DNA of 64,000 nt from Thiobacillus sp. GTDB lineage: Bacteria > Pseudomonadota > Gammaproteobacteria > Burkholderiales > Thiobacillaceae. The DNA lies in assembly GCA_046291555.1 (NCBI GenBank), contig JBKBRW010000011.1:575-64574 (forward strand), read 5' to 3'. Shown here piece after piece: positions 60,449 through 64,000 of this stretch. The notes under the pieces are model-generated. The model did not search any database, was not told where the DNA came from, and saw only the letters and a list, made by a program, of their open reading frames with translations. Position 1 is the stretch's first letter; each line of letters opens with the position of its first letter. Both the position numbers and the translations under genes were made by a program.

Positions 60449-61372
60449 TCAGTTTTCCAGGGCGGCGGCGAAGCTCGCTTCATCGACCAGCGCGACGGCC
60501 GGCAGGCTGTCGTCGATGCGCTTCGCCAGCCCTGCCAGCACCTTGCCAGGGCCGCACTCGATCATGCGTTCGACGCCGGCGGCCTTGATCGCCCGCACCG
60601 TCTCGACCCAGCGCACGGGGGTGTGCAACTGCTTCGCGAGGGCGAGGCGGATCGCTTCCGGGCTGGAGTGCGCCTCGACATCGGTGTTGTGCAACACGGG
60701 AATCGTCGGCGACATGATCGTCACGTCCTGCAGGTAGGCCAGCAGCTTGTCGGCCGCCGGCGCCATCAGCGAGGAATGCGACGGCACCGATACCGGCAGC
60801 GGCAGCGCACGCTTGGCGCCTTTTTCCTTTGCCAGCGCCATGGCGCGCTCGACCGCGGTCTTGCTGCCGGCGATCACCACCTGGCCGGGCGAATTCAGGT
60901 TCACGGCCTCGACCACGTCGCCCGCCGCCGCTTCGCTGCAGACCGCGCGCACGTCATCGTCGTCGAGGCCTAGGATCGCTGCCATCGCGCCGCTGCCTTC
61001 CGGCACCGCGGCCTGCATCGCCTCGGCCCGGAAACGCACGAGCTTGATCGCGTCGGGAAAGCTCAGCGCGCCCGCCGCCACCAGCGCGGCGTACTCGCCG
61101 AGGCTGTGGCCCGCCATCACCACAGGCTGCGCGCCGCCCATCGCTTGCCACACGCGCCACGTCGCGATATCCGCAGCAAGCATGGCGGGCTGGGTGTTGA
61201 TGGTCAGATTCAGTTGCTCGGCGGGCCCCTCCGTGACCAGCGCCCACAGGTCCTGGCTCAACGCGTCCGAGGCTTCGGAAAAGGTGAGGCGAATTTCGGG
61301 GCGGGTGGCAAGGCCCTGCATCATGGCGACCGATTGCGAGCCTTGCCCGGGAAATACGAATGCGAGTTTCAT
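60449..61372 (-). CDS. fabD: Malonyl-CoA-ACP transacylase
   Basis: FPGQGSQ; GHSLGEY; SVPSH. Confidence 0.97.
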   Translation of the reverse strand: MKLAFVFPGQGSQSVAMMQGLATRPEIRLTFSEASDALSQDLWALVTEGPAEQLNLTINTQPAMLAADIATWRVWQAMGGAQPVVMAGHSLGEYAALVAAGALSFPDAIKLVRFRAEAMQAAVPEGSGAMAAILGLDDDDVRAVCSEAAAGDVVEAVNLNSPGQVVIAGSKTAVERAMALAKEKGAKRALPLPVSVPSHSSLMAPAADKLLAYLQDVTIMSPTIPVLHNTDVEAHSSPEAIRLALAKQLHTPVRWVETVRAIKAAGVERMIECGPGKVLAGLAKRIDDSLPAVALVDEASFAAALEN

Positions 61373-61384
61373 GATGGTGTTCGC

Positions 61385-62344
61385 TCAATACTTCAACAAT
61401 GCGGAGCCCCACGTGAAGCCACCGCCGAAGGCTTCCATCAGCACCGTCTGGCCGCGCCGGATGCGGCCGTCGCGCACGGCGACGTCGAACGCGAGTGGAA
61501 CCGACGCGGCCGAGGTGTTGCCGTGGCCGGCCACCGTGGTCACCACGTTGTCCATGCTCATGCCGAGCTTCTTGGCCGTGGCGGAAATGATACGGATGTT
61601 GGCTTGGTGCGGCACCAGCCAGTCGATGTCGGATTTCGAGAGACCGTTGGCCTCGAGCGTCTCGTCGACGATGCGGTCGAGCGTGTTGACCGCCATCTTG
61701 AAGACGGCGTTGCCCTCCATACGCATCACCGCCGGCTCCTTGAGACCCGTCGACGCGCCGGAGGTGGTGCGCAGCAGCTCCTTGTGGCGGCCATCGGCGT
61801 GGATGTGGGTGGCGATGATGCCGGGCTCCTCCGACGCGCCGAGCACCACGGCGCCGGCGCCGTCGCCCCACAGGATGCAGTTGCTGCGGTCGTTCCAGTC
61901 GGTGATGCGCGACAGCGTTTCGGCCCCGATCACCAGCACGCGCTTCGCCATGCCGGTCTTGATGAACTGGTCGGCCACGCTCAGGGCGTAGACGAAGCCG
62001 CTGCACACCGCCTGCAGGTCGAACGCCGGCTTGCCGTTGGCCATGCCGAGTTTCGCCTGCACGATGCACGCGGTGCTCGGGAACACCAGATCAGGCGTGG
62101 TGGTCGCGACGAGCAGCAGGTCGACGTCGTCGACCGCAACACCCGCCGATTCCAGCGCGGCGCATGCCGCGTGGGTCGCGAGGTCGCTGGTCAGTTCGCC
62201 CTCCGCGGCGATGTGGCGTTCGCGGATGCCCGTGCGCTCGACGATCCACTGGTCGCTGGTGTCGACGAGCTTCTCGAGGTCGGCGTTGGTGAGGATGTGC
62301 GCCGGCAGATAGCTGCCAGTGCCGAGTATCCTGGAATAGGTCAA
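61385..62344 (-). CDS. fabH: 3-oxoacyl-ACP synthase III
   Basis: AVCSGF; PHQAN; GNTSAAS; GGGFTWG. Confidence 0.97.
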   Translation of the reverse strand: MTYSRILGTGSYLPAHILTNADLEKLVDTSDQWIVERTGIRERHIAAEGELTSDLATHAACAALESAGVAVDDVDLLLVATTTPDLVFPSTACIVQAKLGMANGKPAFDLQAVCSGFVYALSVADQFIKTGMAKRVLVIGAETLSRITDWNDRSNCILWGDGAGAVVLGASEEPGIIATHIHADGRHKELLRTTSGASTGLKEPAVMRMEGNAVFKMAVNTLDRIVDETLEANGLSKSDIDWLVPHQANIRIISATAKKLGMSMDNVVTTVAGHGNTSAASVPLAFDVAVRDGRIRRGQTVLMEAFGGGFTWGSALLKY

Positions 62345-63360
62345 GCGGCCACCCGTTGAATGAGTTGCATTTGGTCGGAGATGCGTTTCAGGACGCTGTT
62401 GCGGACCTCGTCGGCAGCCGTTTCGATGGCGTGCTCGAAAGCGAACCGGTCAGCCGATCCATGGCTCTTGACGACCACTCCCCGCAAGCCGAGCAGCGTG
62501 GCACCATTGTAGCGGCGCGGGTCGAGGCGGCGGCGGATCGCCGCCAGCACCGGCATCGCCACCAGGCCTGCCAGCCGCGTCAGCCAGTTGCGCTTGAACT
62601 CGGCGCGCATGGTCGACGTGATCATCTTCGCCAGGCCTTCGGAGGCCTTGAGCGTGACGTTGCCGACGAAGCCATCGCACACGACGACGTCCGTCGTGCC
62701 CTTGAAGATGTCGTTGCCTTCGACGTTGCCGTAGAAGTTGAGGTGGCTCGCGCGCAGCAGTTCGGCCGCCTGCTTCACCAGCTCGTTGCCCTTGATGTCT
62801 TCCTCGCCGATGTTGAGCAGGCCCACGCTCGGACTTGGCTTGTGCTCGACCGCCGACACCAGCATCGCGCCCATGATGCCGAACTGCAGCAGGTGCTCGG
62901 CAGTGCAATCGACGTTGGCGCCGAGGTCGAGCACCAGCACATGGCCGTTGAGCGTCGGCATCACCGTGGCGATCGCCGGCCGGTCGATGCCCGGCAAGGT
63001 CTTCAGGACGAAGCGCGCAGTCGCCATCAGGGCGCCGGTGTTGCCTGCCGACACGCAGGCGTCGGCCTCGCCAGACTTGACGAGGTCGATCGCGACCCGC
63101 ATCGAGGAATCCTTTTTCTGGCGCAGCGCGAGCGCCGGCGCCTCGTCCATCGCGACGACCTGGCTGGCATGGCGCACGATCAGGCGCGGACCCGGCCGGG
63201 CCCGCCGCGCCTTGAGCTCGGCAGCAATGACGTCCTGCGGGCCGACCAGGATGACGTTCAGGTCCTCGTGGCGCGCAAGACTGCGGATCGCCGCCGGAAC
63301 AGTGACATGGGGACCATGGTCGCCCCCCATGACATCAATGGCGACAGTGATGTTTCTCAT
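62341..63360 (-). CDS. plsX: Phosphate acyltransferase PlsX
   Basis: [10 protein letters not shown]; SAGNTGA; LDLGAN; LLNIGEE; KSHG. Confidence 0.97.
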   Translation of the reverse strand: MRNITVAIDVMGGDHGPHVTVPAAIRSLARHEDLNVILVGPQDVIAAELKARRARPGPRLIVRHASQVVAMDEAPALALRQKKDSSMRVAIDLVKSGEADACVSAGNTGALMATARFVLKTLPGIDRPAIATVMPTLNGHVLVLDLGANVDCTAEHLLQFGIMGAMLVSAVEHKPSPSVGLLNIGEEDIKGNELVKQAAELLRASHLNFYGNVEGNDIFKGTTDVVVCDGFVGNVTLKASEGLAKMITSTMRAEFKRNWLTRLAGLVAMPVLAAIRRRLDPRRYNGATLLGLRGVVVKSHGSADRFAFEHAIETAADEVRNSVLKRISDQMQLIQRVAA

Positions 63361-63414
63361 ACAGCCGGGGAATTTGGCTGGGCGGGACGCACCGACACGC
63401 GGCGCGCCGGGGGA

Positions 63415-63594
63415 TTATTCGCCCTTGGCCTTGACGACCTTGCGGCCGCGATAAAAACCGCTCGGGCTGATGTGATGGCGCAGGTGCGTCTCACCCGTGG
63501 TCGGCTCGACGGCCAGCGGCGGATTAGTCAGAAAATCGTGCGCACGATGCATGCCGCGCTTCGACGGGGACTTCTTGTTCTGCTGGACAGCCAT
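63415..63594 (-). CDS. rpmF: 50S ribosomal protein L32 (absent from ORF track)
   Basis: [22 protein letters not shown]...GFYRGRKV, 59 aa. Confidence 0.96.
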   Translation of the reverse strand: MAVQQNKKSPSKRGMHRAHDFLTNPPLAVEPTTGETHLRHHISPSGFYRGRKVVKAKGE

Positions 63595-63623
63595 TTCCTA
63601 CTCCTAAAAAAATTAAACGCCCC

Positions 63624-64000
63624 TCAGGTGGGGCATGCGCCTTCTGCGTGCATCGGTGCCAGCGGAAGGCTCAACAACACTTCATCCTCAACCAGGGCGA
63701 TCAGCTCGAGCTTCTCGCCGGCGAGGATCGCATCGCTGTCGGGCAGGGCATCCAGCCGTTCCAACTCGTCGTCGGTGCGCGCCAGATGCACCGTGCGGTC
63801 GATTTCCACGGCATGATGCATCCCGCCCAGGCAACGCTGACAGGCCAGCTCGACGTCGCCGCGAATGTGCAGTTCCAACGCCAAGCCACCGCGCGAATCC
63901 ATGCGGCCACTGACTCGACAGAACAGCTCGCCTTGCGTAAATTCTGCAACCAGACGTGGAAACGCCGACACGGCTGAGCGGTTTTCCCAAGCCTGCGCGT
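63624..64000 (-). CDS. yceD: YceD/DUF177 protein, 5' end outside window
   Basis: CQRCL; LVEDEVLLSLP; canonical position upstream of rpmF. Confidence 0.9.
   Translation of the reverse strand, partial: AQAWENRSAVSAFPRLVAEFTQGELFCRVSGRMDSRGGLALELHIRGDVELACQRCLGGMHHAVEIDRTVHLARTDDELERLDALPDSDAILAGEKLELIALVEDEVLLSLPLAPMHAEGACPT

Overview
GC-rich betaproteobacterial chromosome segment; the DsrC/TusE-family gene and PEP-CTERM gene are consistent with a Thiobacillus-like sulfur oxidiser (inference). (1) 1-7582: right part of a Tn21/Tn501-type Tn3 transposon (frameshifted tnpA, tnpR, truncated res). A Tn5053/Tn402-type res-hunter remnant (IR, tniR, res; no tniABQ) is nested in it and carries an outer-membrane barrel-mgtE-mgtC cargo with two candidate leader-peptide/RNA regulators. 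The Tn3 IR interrupts a beta-barrel gene. (2) 8.5-14.6 kb: lexA-imuA-imuB-dnaE2 SOS mutagenesis cassette. (3) 14.7-26.2 kb: accessory, partly decayed genes (PEP-CTERM pseudogene, gene fusions, GT-A-like protein, PLD, sulfotransferase, REP-like palindromes, toxin-antitoxin cluster). (4) 26.2-38 kb: trpS to yciB/yciI/bolA/PPIase, an Hfq paralog, GT2-DedA-ArnT, tRNA-Ser, grpE-dnaK. (5) 38-44.6 kb: a cbpA-cbpM-htpX-ftsH-psiE-degP operon resembling the tLST heat-resistance island, plus a Cys-less DsrC, separating dnaK from dnaJ. (6) 46-52.1 kb: an uncharacterised module of exported truncated haemoglobin, blue-copper protein and DUF3034 barrel, flanked by two paralogous c-di-GMP enzymes. (7) 52.1-64 kb: core tatD-pilZ-holB-tmk-mltG-pabC-pabB and fab/plsX/rpmF/yceD genes. 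All family assignments come from motif recognition; no database search was run.
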